DNA from: Candidatus Omnitrophota bacterium
GTDB lineage: Bacteria > Omnitrophota > Gorgyraeia > Zapsychrales > Zapsychraceae
Length of the DNA: 64,000 nucleotides
Assembly (NCBI GenBank): GCA_018812705.1
Contig: JAHJCZ010000097.1
Coordinates: 840 to 64,839 of the forward strand
Direction of reading: 5' to 3'
Positions 9,269 to 18,471 of the stretch are shown here, one piece after another. The translations under genes were made by a program, and so were the position numbers. The notes under the pieces were generated by a model. It saw only the letters and a list, made by a program, of their open reading frames with translations. It did no database searches and was not told where the DNA came from. The stretch's first letter is position 1. Every line of letters starts with the position of its first letter.

Positions 9269-9655
9269 GTCTAACAGATAACATTTGTCCCATTCTTACT
9301 AAACACTGAATCGAATTCGCGGGACTCTATTGCCGAACTTTTCGGCTCCTCTGCTTTTGACCACCGTGTCTCCGGTCTATCCCAAAAACAGAAGAATAAA
9401 ACACCTTAATGGTGTATTAACTCGAAACTATTCTGTCAAAAAACGTTACATTAATATTGGACATGAAAATAACACAAACGTCTTTCTATCCAATACTTAA
9501 AAAAGTATATCATAATAATAGCTTAAGTGTCAATAGAACCTGCTTTTATTTTTTAATTTTCAAAAAATGCAAAAAAACCCCTTTCACTATTAGTAAAGCA
9601 AAGCCAGCAAAGGCTTTGTGAAAATAGCTTTTTATTTGTTTTCCCGTCAAACATC

Positions 9656-11671
9656 CTAAGCTTTTATTTTTTGAGCACTTACAAAAAAACCCTTGCCCTC
9701 CTTTGTTACCAGATGCCTATCGTTTACTCTATTAATAGCAAATTCCAAAACCTCGAGAAAATTATACCGCTCGGGAATCATAATTGTCACAATTAATCGG
9801 TTGGGATGTTCCTGTACAAAGCCCTTTAATCCATAAAATATTGGCACCATAGTTTTTATGTCAACTGCTCCTTTTTGCTTAGGAAAATATTTATCTAAAC
9901 AATACTCATGAAGGGTTAGGATGTAGTCATCAAAAATATCTCCAAGATTCTCAAATCTTCTTTCTACAAAATCCCCAACATGGTCTTCGTGTTGGCTTTT
10001 AATAGGCTCTAGCTTGCTAATAGCATTGCTTGTTTCTTCCTTATTATAGCTCTGCTTAAATGCGCTTGGCCAACGATTTAAATAATTTGCAATAATAGTT
10101 TCAGCTTTTTCTGCAAACATATTAGTTAAAAGGGCTATTTGAGGCATCTTGTTCTTTTCTTTACCTAAAAACACCAATTTTAAAGACTTTTCCTCATTAA
10201 AATGCTTAGGAATGTTAAAAACATCATTCAAAAAGCTCGAAAATGGAACATTTTTTTCAGAATAGTACAAAATACTGTCTCTTTGGCTGTCATAATAGGA
10301 AAAATCGACAAAATCGACAAATTTTTGAATTAATTCCTTAAAAATTTCCTGATAAGGCCTAAAACCAACAATAAACGAGCGCTTAATTGAAGGAATAAGC
10401 GTAAATTCGGTAATTATGTCTTGATTTTCACTTAAAACTTCAATCTTTCGTATTTTTCTGCCAGGAATGTCAAAACAAGCAGCAACTAGCATTGAAAGAT
10501 CCTTTTTGTTAATGCCTTTTTCCCTTAAAACATCCATTACTAGGCACTCATTGTTGCTGATCAATGTTTTTGAAAGAATCGTCATTGCGCTACTTACAGA
10601 CGCAAACAATTCCTTTTGAACTAAATCTCTCCAAAGAGACCTCAGTTGAGCATCAAGTACAATGCTAGTAGAATCCTCAAAGATGACATTAAAAGCACAG
10701 ATTTTGCTTAAAGCCTGTTCCTTTTCATTAAGATATTCCAACTGCAGTTGATTGGAAAAGTCAATCTTCTGAGTCCACCCAAAAAGATTTTCTCTTCCTG
10801 GATACCCTTTAAAACCATTTAATCTCCATAAGGCGTCATTCTTTGAATTTTCAATAGTCTCAACCGATTGCATATTAAACGCTTTAAGGAATAGCAAACT
10901 TGAACAAATATTATTAAAATTCTCTAAACCCATTCCTTTTGAATTTTTTCCAAAAAGATCACCCAGAAGGTTTTCACCCGACATGTCGATCTGAGCAGCT
11001 TTTAAGAACACAACTCCCGCATTATCATACAAGTTACTATTTTTTCTTTCTTTCCCTTTATTTTCTCTCGCAATTTTTACATCATAAAGGAATTGTTCCT
11101 CGTCGAAGAATTTAGGACCAACAGGAACAACATATTCCTTCTGATATTGACTTGATAGAGCTGATTGCTCTTCTTTAATTGCTTTGTTTTCTTCTGCAAA
11201 TACTCTCTCTTCATTCTTCACTCTTTGTTCATCATAAAAGATCTTGCCCTTGCGTTTTCTTCTCTCGTGCTCCTGAAGATCAATAGAGAGCTTTTCAAGA
11301 GAAAAGACTGCCGCTTCTTTTTTTATCTCAAGGAGTTCATTAGGAACACCTTTTTTCTGTTCCTCGTTTTCTGCGGAAACCTTTTTATCAAAAGTAAAAC
11401 CAAGGCTTGAAATGCTATCTAACAATTGTTGTTTCTTTTCTGGCGGGATCTGAAATTTTTTAGAGGTTGCTTTTTTCTGGACTCTTCTTCCTACTGAACT
11501 GCTTAGCATAGTATTTTTCAAAACAGAATTCACCGAAGACTTTGATACCTTAATTTCAAATTTCTTGCTTGTCTGCTCTGATAATTGTCGACAGCTAATT
11601 AAGGGCTCTTCCTTCTTTTTGTTTATAATAAAATCAAACACTTCTTTTTTTAGCTTGTGTACTACTCCCAT
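9656..11671 (-). CDS. Hypothetical 671-aa Lys/Glu-rich protein with an HTH-like N-terminus, embedded in the Tad locus
   Basis: Long ORF with an N-terminal PLISCRQLSEQTSKKFEIKVSKSSVNSVLKN helix-turn-helix-like segment and K/E-rich low-complexity coiled-coil regions. It has no TM segments and I recognise no family. Confidence 0.45.
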   Translation of the reverse strand: MGVVHKLKKEVFDFIINKKKEEPLISCRQLSEQTSKKFEIKVSKSSVNSVLKNTMLSSSVGRRVQKKATSKKFQIPPEKKQQLLDSISSLGFTFDKKVSAENEEQKKGVPNELLEIKKEAAVFSLEKLSIDLQEHERRKRKGKIFYDEQRVKNEERVFAEENKAIKEEQSALSSQYQKEYVVPVGPKFFDEEQFLYDVKIARENKGKERKNSNLYDNAGVVFLKAAQIDMSGENLLGDLFGKNSKGMGLENFNNICSSLLFLKAFNMQSVETIENSKNDALWRLNGFKGYPGRENLFGWTQKIDFSNQLQLEYLNEKEQALSKICAFNVIFEDSTSIVLDAQLRSLWRDLVQKELFASVSSAMTILSKTLISNNECLVMDVLREKGINKKDLSMLVAACFDIPGRKIRKIEVLSENQDIITEFTLIPSIKRSFIVGFRPYQEIFKELIQKFVDFVDFSYYDSQRDSILYYSEKNVPFSSFLNDVFNIPKHFNEEKSLKLVFLGKEKNKMPQIALLTNMFAEKAETIIANYLNRWPSAFKQSYNKEETSNAISKLEPIKSQHEDHVGDFVERRFENLGDIFDDYILTLHEYCLDKYFPKQKGAVDIKTMVPIFYGLKGFVQEHPNRLIVTIMIPERYNFLEVLEFAINRVNDRHLVTKEGKGFFVSAQKIKA

Positions 11672-11706
11672 AGAAACGACCTCTTAGAAGATTTTGTTAA
11701 CATGAA

Positions 11707-11823
11707 AATGTCCATTCTGAACTATAAGATATATTATTTTTCCAGATTGGACATTGTTACATTTTTTAGTATAGCACAATACTTAAATAAACAAGCTAAA
11801 ATATTAACTTTTTTTGGACATTG
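11707..11823. promoter_or_regulatory. Three copies of a TGGACATT motif in the promoter region upstream of the 671-aa gene (candidate operator)
   Basis: AATGGACATT (reverse orientation) at 11707-11716 and TTGGACATTG at 11747-11756 and 11814-11823. A fourth copy, TTGGACATG, lies at 9457-9465 upstream of the last flp gene. Confidence 0.4.
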
Positions 11824-11824
11824 A

Positions 11825-12169
11825 TTAGCTTGAGATCTCTATCTGATCACCAATAGAAATCCCTGCGCTGAGGATAGCGCTAGAGGGAAGCTCTACAACA
11901 TAGCTTGATCTAAAATATATACGGCTAAGCTGAAAAGGCCGAATATCGCTGACTAAACCAACAACAACATTCTCTTTGCTGACAAAAACAACGTCAATAG
12001 CAAATTTCATAAAAAACATATGAATAGAATTACACCTTGTAATAACAAGAGCCTCTCCTTCTGAAAAAGATTCACGATTCAACAATCCAACCATTCTAGT
12101 TAAAAAACTATCTGCGACCTTGGCCTTATCGGCAATTATATTCTGTTTTGTTTTGTTAAGTATTTTCAA
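11825..12169 (-). CDS. DUF192 (COG1430) family protein
   Basis: GLLNRESFSEGEALVITRCNSIHMFFMKFAIDVVFVSKENVVVG matches the DUF192 core. Confidence 0.6.
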   Translation of the reverse strand: MKILNKTKQNIIADKAKVADSFLTRMVGLLNRESFSEGEALVITRCNSIHMFFMKFAIDVVFVSKENVVVGLVSDIRPFQLSRIYFRSSYVVELPSSAILSAGISIGDQIEISS

Positions 12170-12187
12170 TTATTGAAAGGATTATAG

Positions 12188-12505
12188 CTACTCTGCGGGT
12201 TTTGGTGGCAGAGCATTAGTTTTATCATTTTTCTCTGTAGCAGGCGCTTGATCTTTTATCGCCTCAGGAGCCAGTATCACAACCTCAGGAACTTCTATTT
12301 TCTCTTCAGGATTAACATAAATAGTCCGTTTATCAAAAATACTCTTTTCAATTTTTAACCCCCGAGTAACAAAATCATCGAAGCTTGTAGGGACATACCC
12401 TGTGGCTTCAAAATCTCCAATAACCCTGCCGTACGCATCGATCCCATTTGATTGTAAAGAAAAATATCTTTTAATATCAATTGGTGGTCTTCGTCCATTC
12501 CGCAA
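12188..12505 (-). pseudogene. Frameshifted C-terminal segment of the TadA/CpaF ATPase
   Basis: The overlapping frame encodes IDAYGRVIGDFEATGYVPTSFDDFVTRGL, which matches the conserved CpaF C-terminus. The main frame instead ends in a non-homologous tail. A 1-nt indel in the AAA run near 12440-12450 would join the two frames. Confidence 0.55.
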
Positions 12506-14484
12506 GTTTCAGAAATCTGTGTGACCTTTCGAGTTCCATCTGAAAAACGATTGATCTGAACGATAATATCAATCGCTGAGGCGATCATTTCATTAATAGC
12601 TCTAACAGGTAATTCAATACCACTTAAAAGAATCATAGAGTGCATACGAGTAACAACATCTCTTGTAGTATTTGCGTGCAATGTGGTCAAGGACCCGTCG
12701 TGCCCTGTATTCATAGCCTGAAGCATGTCCAAAACCTCAGGTCCGCGACACTCCCCGATAACTATGCGGTCAGGTCGCATTCTCAAACTATTAGTAAACA
12801 AATCCCTAATAGTAACTTCACCTTTTCCTTCAATATTTCTAGGTCGAGATTCCAGTCTACCACAATGGCTCTTTTTTAGCCTCAACTCAGCAGCATCCTC
12901 AATAGTGATAATCCTTTCATTATCAGGGATAAACTCGGAGACAACATTCAGTAATGTCGTTTTACCAGCACCTGTTCCTCCAGAAACAATAATATTCTTG
13001 CGGCCAATAACAGCACAATTTAAAAACAAAACCATCTCTTTTGTCACGCTGTGAAACTTGTTGAGCAAGTCATCCGTATTAAGTCTTTCAGCTCCAAACT
13101 TTCTGATAGTTATCATTGGCCCTCTCAACGAAAGTGGCGGAATAATAGCATTAATTCTTGATCCATCCGGCAAACGAGCGTCAACCATCGGAGTCGACTC
13201 ATCAATTCTTCTTCCTAAAGGAGCAATTATTCTGTCAATAATCGCCCTCATCTTGTCATCCGAAACAAAACTATAATCTGTAAGGACTAGTTTTCCCTTC
13301 TTCTCAACATATATCTCATCTCTACAATTTACCATAATATCAGTTATATCTTGATCCGCTAATAGGTCTTCTAATGGCCCTAAACCTAAGGCTTCATTAA
13401 CGATATCTCTAACCAATCGCACTCTCTCTTCGTGGGAAGATATCTTTCCGCCTGCTTCTTCCGTAAGAAGCGTCCCGACAACTCCTTCCGCCATTTTTTT
13501 AACTTTATGGATGGATTCCGGGTCACTTAAAGCCTCAAGAGAAATGCCTTCCTTGTTCAACCTGTCAACCAGCTTGAGATGAATTTTTCTCTTTAAAATG
13601 CTAATCTCATCTTCCTGAGAAGTATATGCTTTGCCTGAAGGAGCCGTACCCATTTGCTGAGCAATACCATATTTAGCCCAAAATGCTCCTGGACTAGGAA
13701 GATCTTCTTTGTTTCTTATCTTCTCAACATCCATTGCAGGGACAAAATTACTTTCTTTGCGGAAAGAATCTACTAGCTTAATAAAAGATTCTCCAACATG
13801 GCTCTTTGGATTATCAATAACACAAGGAATCCCCCTGTTAAGAGCAATGCCCACTGCCTTTCCATCGGATGGAACATGTCCAAAAATCTCACAAGTCAGA
13901 GCAGACTTAACTTCTTGCCAAGCAACACTTCCACGACTTTCAGACCTGTTCAAAAGCAGCTTGATCATTTTCATCGGAAACTGCAGGCTCTGCAGAACAT
14001 CCAAGCACCACTTTATTTGATAAACAGCCAAAATATCCGGCGTTGCCACTAATAAAATAAGGTTAGAATAGTCAAATACTGTAATAAGCGGTTCATGGAA
14101 AGCTTTCCCTGCATCAATAAGAATATAGTCATATACTTCAGATATTTTTCTAAGATAGGGTTTTATATTATCTGGCGTGATCAAACTGATTTGACGGGTA
14201 TTCTTAACTGCCGCCATAAAGTCCAATCCACAAGTATGTCGTGCAGAAAATCTTCTAATAACGGCATGATCTGTTACTGCGTCTATTTGCGAAAGAACGT
14301 CAACGATCGAGTTCTTTGGAGACAGGTTCATTGTTCGCGCCATATCCTGTCCTGCCTGAAAATCCATGTCGATCAAAAGCACTTTATATTTAGCAAGAGC
14401 CAGGGCTGTGGCCATATTAACAGCGACGAAAGTTTTGCCAACCCCACCTTTGTTACTAAAAATAGTTATTATTTTTGCACTCAT
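12355..14484 (-). CDS. Fused TadZ/CpaE-like (ParA/MinD-fold) ATPase and TadA/CpaF secretion ATPase; the C-terminus continues in another frame
   Basis: N-terminal IITIFSNKGGVGKTFVAVNMATALA deviant Walker A of the ParA/MinD family. The C-terminal half has CpaF hallmarks: Walker A GGTGAGKTTLLNV, IITIEDAAEL, GHDGSLTTLHANT, RFSDGTRKVTQISE. Confidence 0.8.
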   Translation of the reverse strand: MSAKIITIFSNKGGVGKTFVAVNMATALALAKYKVLLIDMDFQAGQDMARTMNLSPKNSIVDVLSQIDAVTDHAVIRRFSARHTCGLDFMAAVKNTRQISLITPDNIKPYLRKISEVYDYILIDAGKAFHEPLITVFDYSNLILLVATPDILAVYQIKWCLDVLQSLQFPMKMIKLLLNRSESRGSVAWQEVKSALTCEIFGHVPSDGKAVGIALNRGIPCVIDNPKSHVGESFIKLVDSFRKESNFVPAMDVEKIRNKEDLPSPGAFWAKYGIAQQMGTAPSGKAYTSQEDEISILKRKIHLKLVDRLNKEGISLEALSDPESIHKVKKMAEGVVGTLLTEEAGGKISSHEERVRLVRDIVNEALGLGPLEDLLADQDITDIMVNCRDEIYVEKKGKLVLTDYSFVSDDKMRAIIDRIIAPLGRRIDESTPMVDARLPDGSRINAIIPPLSLRGPMITIRKFGAERLNTDDLLNKFHSVTKEMVLFLNCAVIGRKNIIVSGGTGAGKTTLLNVVSEFIPDNERIITIEDAAELRLKKSHCGRLESRPRNIEGKGEVTIRDLFTNSLRMRPDRIVIGECRGPEVLDMLQAMNTGHDGSLTTLHANTTRDVVTRMHSMILLSGIELPVRAINEMIASAIDIIVQINRFSDGTRKVTQISETCGMDEDHQLILKDIFLYNQMGSMRTAGLLEILKPQGMSLQASMILLLGG

Positions 14485-14540
14485 TTTTGCACCAGGGAAA
14501 CAACTTTTATCTTTTTACAAATTTTTAATAGGCGTGTCAA

Positions 14541-16193
14541 TTATTTCTTAAAGCTGTAAACAATTGGAACAGTAATATTCAATTCCTGAAGGTCTACATC
14601 TGAAGGAAACCCTGCGTACGGCGCAATTCTTTTGGCCGCTCTTAGGGCACTTTCATCCATAACCTCATGTCCTGATGATTCTTGAATTAAGGCATATGCA
14701 AGTGTTCCGTCTTTTAATATAAGCATATTCATCCTAACAGTTCCTTCCCATCCATATCTTTTTGCCTCTGGAGGGTAGAGAATTGTTTTGGAAATCTGCT
14801 TCTGAACATTTCTTACATACTCAGTCATGTTTTTTGGTATTCCCAAGTAATAAGGAACAGCCGCGGAAGACGAGACTTTTTGCTTATATATTGCAGTTGT
14901 CTTATATTCTTCAACCGTTTCCTCTTTTTCCTCTTCAGGATTGTTACGGTTTCTTTCTAATATAGTTGGCGTCATTGAGATAACTAGCTCTTTATCTGTA
15001 TCTGAAGGATTCGTTCCATGAGACCTGAAAAGCATCCCAATAATCGGTATTTGCCCCATAAAAGGAACTATTCTCGTGCTGGAACCTCTGTTCTCTTTAA
15101 TTAAACCAGCAAGAACCATCGTCTGCCTATCATTTAAAAGAACGTGAGTTGTTGTTGTTTCTGTAAAGAAAGATGTTTCGTTTCCTGTTCCAGAAGCGAC
15201 ATCACTGATCTCAACGTTTAACTCAATATCAATTTTATCTTTTATTACTTCCGGCGTTATCGTTAACCCAATACCATACTCTTTAAAAGAAACATTTTCT
15301 TGTGTTCCTTCTGCGGAGGAGGTTGTTGTCTTAATAGGAATTTCCCCACCAACTAAAAAACTCGCTTCTTCACCGCTCATAACGACTACTTTTGGTCTTG
15401 AAAGAACCCTTGCTTCCCCTTTTTCTAATAAAGCTTTAACAGTTGCAGTTAAAGCTGACGTTCTGCTAAAATCTCCAATCTTAAAAAAGTCACCTATTGA
15501 TCCGTCCATCGCAGGCATGTTTTCAGGATAGGTCAAAGATACGCCACTCGACCCAGAGGACCAATCTATACCTAAACTTTTTGTAAGCGTGGTATTTAAT
15601 TCTGTCATTTGCATGTCCACTTGAATAAGATCCTGAATTTCTTCCTTCCTTACAAGTTTCATAACAAGATCAGCATATCCATCCAATATTGAATCAAGCA
15701 TCTCTTCGTTTTTCTCTGAAACATCCCCAGTGACAAATATCTTACCTTCTCTTTTATTAGGCTCTAATTTTATTCCCTCAATTCTTGCCTTTTTTAAAAG
15801 TGTGTCGATCCTTTGAATAGCAGTATCAAGCATTCCCATGTCCGCAGCTTGAACATTAACGAAAACCATTCTTTTTCCTGCATCATCCCAAACAAAAAGT
15901 ATAGTTTGTCCAGGTTGTTTCGCAATAAGCAAAATCTCCTGGTCATCTGCTTCAACAATATCAGCAATATCTGGATTTGTAATAGAAAGCCTTGTCATGT
16001 TTGAGACCTTAGCTATAGTCAGTTCTCCGACAACCATATAAATCTCGTTTTCATTCACTGAATCAAGATTTTTATAAATGTCATCCAATGCATTAGCTTG
16101 TGCCAATGAAGATGCGAAAAGAATGACTACTGCCGTAACAATAGCTCCTTTCACTGCGAACTTTATTTTTTCAAAAATTCTTTTATTATCCAT
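14541..16193 (-). CDS. RcpA/CpaC-type Flp pilus secretin fused to a C-terminal TonB-C domain
   Basis: Signal peptide; Pilus_form_N-like block (IYMVVGELTIAKVSNMTRLSITNPDIADIV...TILFVWDDAG); secretin core; C-terminal YPPEAKRYGWEGTVRMNMLILKDGTLAYALIQESSGHEVMDESALRAAKRIAPYAGFP, a clear TonB C-terminal domain signature. Confidence 0.75.
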   Translation of the reverse strand: MDNKRIFEKIKFAVKGAIVTAVVILFASSLAQANALDDIYKNLDSVNENEIYMVVGELTIAKVSNMTRLSITNPDIADIVEADDQEILLIAKQPGQTILFVWDDAGKRMVFVNVQAADMGMLDTAIQRIDTLLKKARIEGIKLEPNKREGKIFVTGDVSEKNEEMLDSILDGYADLVMKLVRKEEIQDLIQVDMQMTELNTTLTKSLGIDWSSGSSGVSLTYPENMPAMDGSIGDFFKIGDFSRTSALTATVKALLEKGEARVLSRPKVVVMSGEEASFLVGGEIPIKTTTSSAEGTQENVSFKEYGIGLTITPEVIKDKIDIELNVEISDVASGTGNETSFFTETTTTHVLLNDRQTMVLAGLIKENRGSSTRIVPFMGQIPIIGMLFRSHGTNPSDTDKELVISMTPTILERNRNNPEEEKEETVEEYKTTAIYKQKVSSSAAVPYYLGIPKNMTEYVRNVQKQISKTILYPPEAKRYGWEGTVRMNMLILKDGTLAYALIQESSGHEVMDESALRAAKRIAPYAGFPSDVDLQELNITVPIVYSFKK

Positions 16194-16431
16194 GGTTAAT
16201 ATCTCTTACTTTCTTTAAAACAAGATTTCTTGTTTGGATTGATTTGTAATTAAAAACAATTAAGAACCTTGAATCAAAGACGATCGTCCCTTTGGCTCTA
16301 AGATGTCACATAAAACACAACATAGAAACAAATCTCAAACTATAATAGAAAAGAAACACCAGCAACAATCTGCAAAGTAACTCGCGAAAGAATCAAACAA
16401 AAAAGCACTCTACAGCATCAATACTAAACTT

Positions 16432-17277
16432 CTAAAAATTAGACTCTGCTCCTGATTTAAAAATCTGTATATAAGGACGAACTTCGTCTTCCTCTTCATC
16501 TGCTTCAAAGATATTCGCCTTCTTTTGCGGGACCATCAATTCTGTTCCTTGGTGATCCATAACATATTCAGCTAAAGTATCCCAAGATGCAATTTGAAGC
16601 AACTGCAATCCACCGTCTGTTGGTGGCCTTAAAGACAGTTGTAATTTTCCATTTGCCTGAGCAAATGCAATCAATCCAGACTCTTCCGGACTAATCGCAA
16701 CTGTTATGTTAAGGGACCTGGCCTTTTGCTGTGCTTCATATGCAGGAGCGCTTCCAAGAGGCTTAAAATTAGTTCCAACTGCCAGCACTTGAATATTCTG
16801 GAATAAAACGGTAGTCACATCTTTTAAAGCTTTTGAGTCTTCCGAGTCATCAGGTATCTTTATTTCACCAATAATATCAACAAAGTCGCCTGGATTAATA
16901 AGACCTCCAACCGCTGAAAGAGAATCAACTAAAATAGTAACTGCTCTTTTTCCAGGAGGTGTTCTTACTGAAAAAGAATCCATCTGAACAACTGGCTGCG
17001 CTTTTTCAGTGGTAGCTTGTGTTGCTGCTCCTGGCTTATATTGGCTTTGCTTTGTCTCCACCTTCTTGATTTCTTCACGCTGTCTTTTGATCTCGCTTCT
17101 TAAAACCTCTATTTCTTTAGCAAAACCAGCATTTTGTTTGCCATAATCTCTTGCCAAAGCTTTTGTTTGAGCCTTAATATTGTTTTGGACATATTGGCTA
17201 GTTAAAAACGCAGCAACCAAGCCAAGCCCTATCGCGATAAGAATAATGACAAACTGTTTTTTGTTTTCAATGTTCAT
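16432..17277 (-). CDS. cpaB: Flp pilus assembly protein CpaB/RcpC. The start is probably the internal Met with a GGAGGG RBS.
   Basis: N-terminal TM (FVIILIAIGLGLVAAFL). RAVTILVDSLSAVGGLINPGDFVDIIG matches the CpaB C-terminal domain. Confidence 0.7.
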   Translation of the reverse strand: MNIENKKQFVIILIAIGLGLVAAFLTSQYVQNNIKAQTKALARDYGKQNAGFAKEIEVLRSEIKRQREEIKKVETKQSQYKPGAATQATTEKAQPVVQMDSFSVRTPPGKRAVTILVDSLSAVGGLINPGDFVDIIGEIKIPDDSEDSKALKDVTTVLFQNIQVLAVGTNFKPLGSAPAYEAQQKARSLNITVAISPEESGLIAFAQANGKLQLSLRPPTDGGLQLLQIASWDTLAEYVMDHQGTELMVPQKKANIFEADEEEDEVRPYIQIFKSGAESNF

Positions 17278-17390
17278 TGTACCCTCCGCACTGTTACCCA
17301 AAAACAATTTAAAAAACCACTCGCTCTTACAATACAAGAATTTTTATTTTTGGAAATAACAGAAGCTTGTTTTTCAATTGGCCAAAAAAT

Positions 17391-18326
17391 TTATTTTAAA
17401 AGATCGTAGTTAACCTCAACCTTGATCTCTTTCTGCAATGCTTCAAGTTTATCTAACAGCTTTTGTTGCTGCTTTAATAGAGTTTGATTCTGAATGATAT
17501 CATTCTTTATTTCTTCAAACTCCAGCTGCCTTCCTTCTCTTTTGTCTTCTAGTTTTACAATATAAAATTCTCCGGTTGGCGACTCAACAGCTTCACTTAT
17601 TTCTCCTTTTGCCATCTCCATAAGTACTGGGGCCATAGATTCAAAGGGAACCGAATCTATAAAACCAACATCACCTCCGTTTGGTGCAGTTTGACTAATT
17701 GAATTCTCTTTAGCCTTTGCTGCAAAATCTGCGCCATTTGCAAGCTCAGCAACTAATGCATCAGCCAAGGCTTTTTCTTTAACAACTATCTCTTTCACAT
17801 GAAACTGAGGTGGCTGGATCAACTGTTCTTTGTTCTCATTGTAGAAAGCTTGAGCCTCTTCGTCTGTGACTACAATTCCTTCTACCAATTTTTGCGCAGC
17901 TTCTCTAACTATAAGAGTTCTTCTGAATTCAGCAACAGCATCTTTAATATCTTTGCTGTTTGCGATACCTGCTTTTTCTGCATCAATAACCAAAAGCTGC
18001 TGGCGAACAAGTTCATCGATGACCATCTTTCTTGCTTCTAGACTTGCTACATCAAAATCTGGAACAACTTCTTTTAATGCTTTTACTCTTTCTTTAAACT
18101 CTTCTCTTGTGATGGTCCAATTACCAACTCTTGCGATCGTCTCAGGGGTCATTACCACCTGATCCGCTGCAGGTTTTGCAGCATCAACAACTGGCGCATC
18201 TGCAGATTTCTCCGAGTCACCTTTAAAATATTCTTTAATAGCTGAAATTTGTTCACACCCTAAAAAGAAAACAACACAAACAAGGCATATGGCAAGTAAA
18301 TTAAAACTTTTACGCATTTTTTCCAC
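17391..18326 (-). CDS. Parvulin-type peptidyl-prolyl isomerase lipoprotein (SurA/PrsA-like)
   Basis: Signal plus lipobox FLGC. PpiC rotamase signature FHVKEIVV...GADFAAKAKENS...GGDVGF. Confidence 0.7.
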   Translation of the reverse strand: MEKMRKSFNLLAICLVCVVFFLGCEQISAIKEYFKGDSEKSADAPVVDAAKPAADQVVMTPETIARVGNWTITREEFKERVKALKEVVPDFDVASLEARKMVIDELVRQQLLVIDAEKAGIANSKDIKDAVAEFRRTLIVREAAQKLVEGIVVTDEEAQAFYNENKEQLIQPPQFHVKEIVVKEKALADALVAELANGADFAAKAKENSISQTAPNGGDVGFIDSVPFESMAPVLMEMAKGEISEAVESPTGEFYIVKLEDKREGRQLEFEEIKNDIIQNQTLLKQQQKLLDKLEALQKEIKVEVNYDLLK

Positions 18327-18471
18327 GTGACAATCCCTCCCTTTAAATAATTATAAGACATTTTTAATAATATATTAACAGTATACATTTCCTAAAAACA
18401 AAACTCAAGGCAATTTCCCAAAATTTAACATTAAAATATAATTAAATTTCTTATAAAGAATGTGCCTGCTG

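Noticed and set aside
9656-11671. The 671-aa protein as an IS transposase (mobile element)
   Set aside because: It has only an HTH-like N-terminus. I recognise no DDE/RNase-H-like motif, terminal inverted repeats or target duplications, so I left it as hypothetical.
12188-12505. The 105-aa ORF as a separate small gene downstream of the ATPase
   Set aside because: Its product matches the conserved C-terminus of CpaF/TadA and it overlaps the main ORF's last 150 nt. It is better explained as the frameshifted continuation of the same gene.
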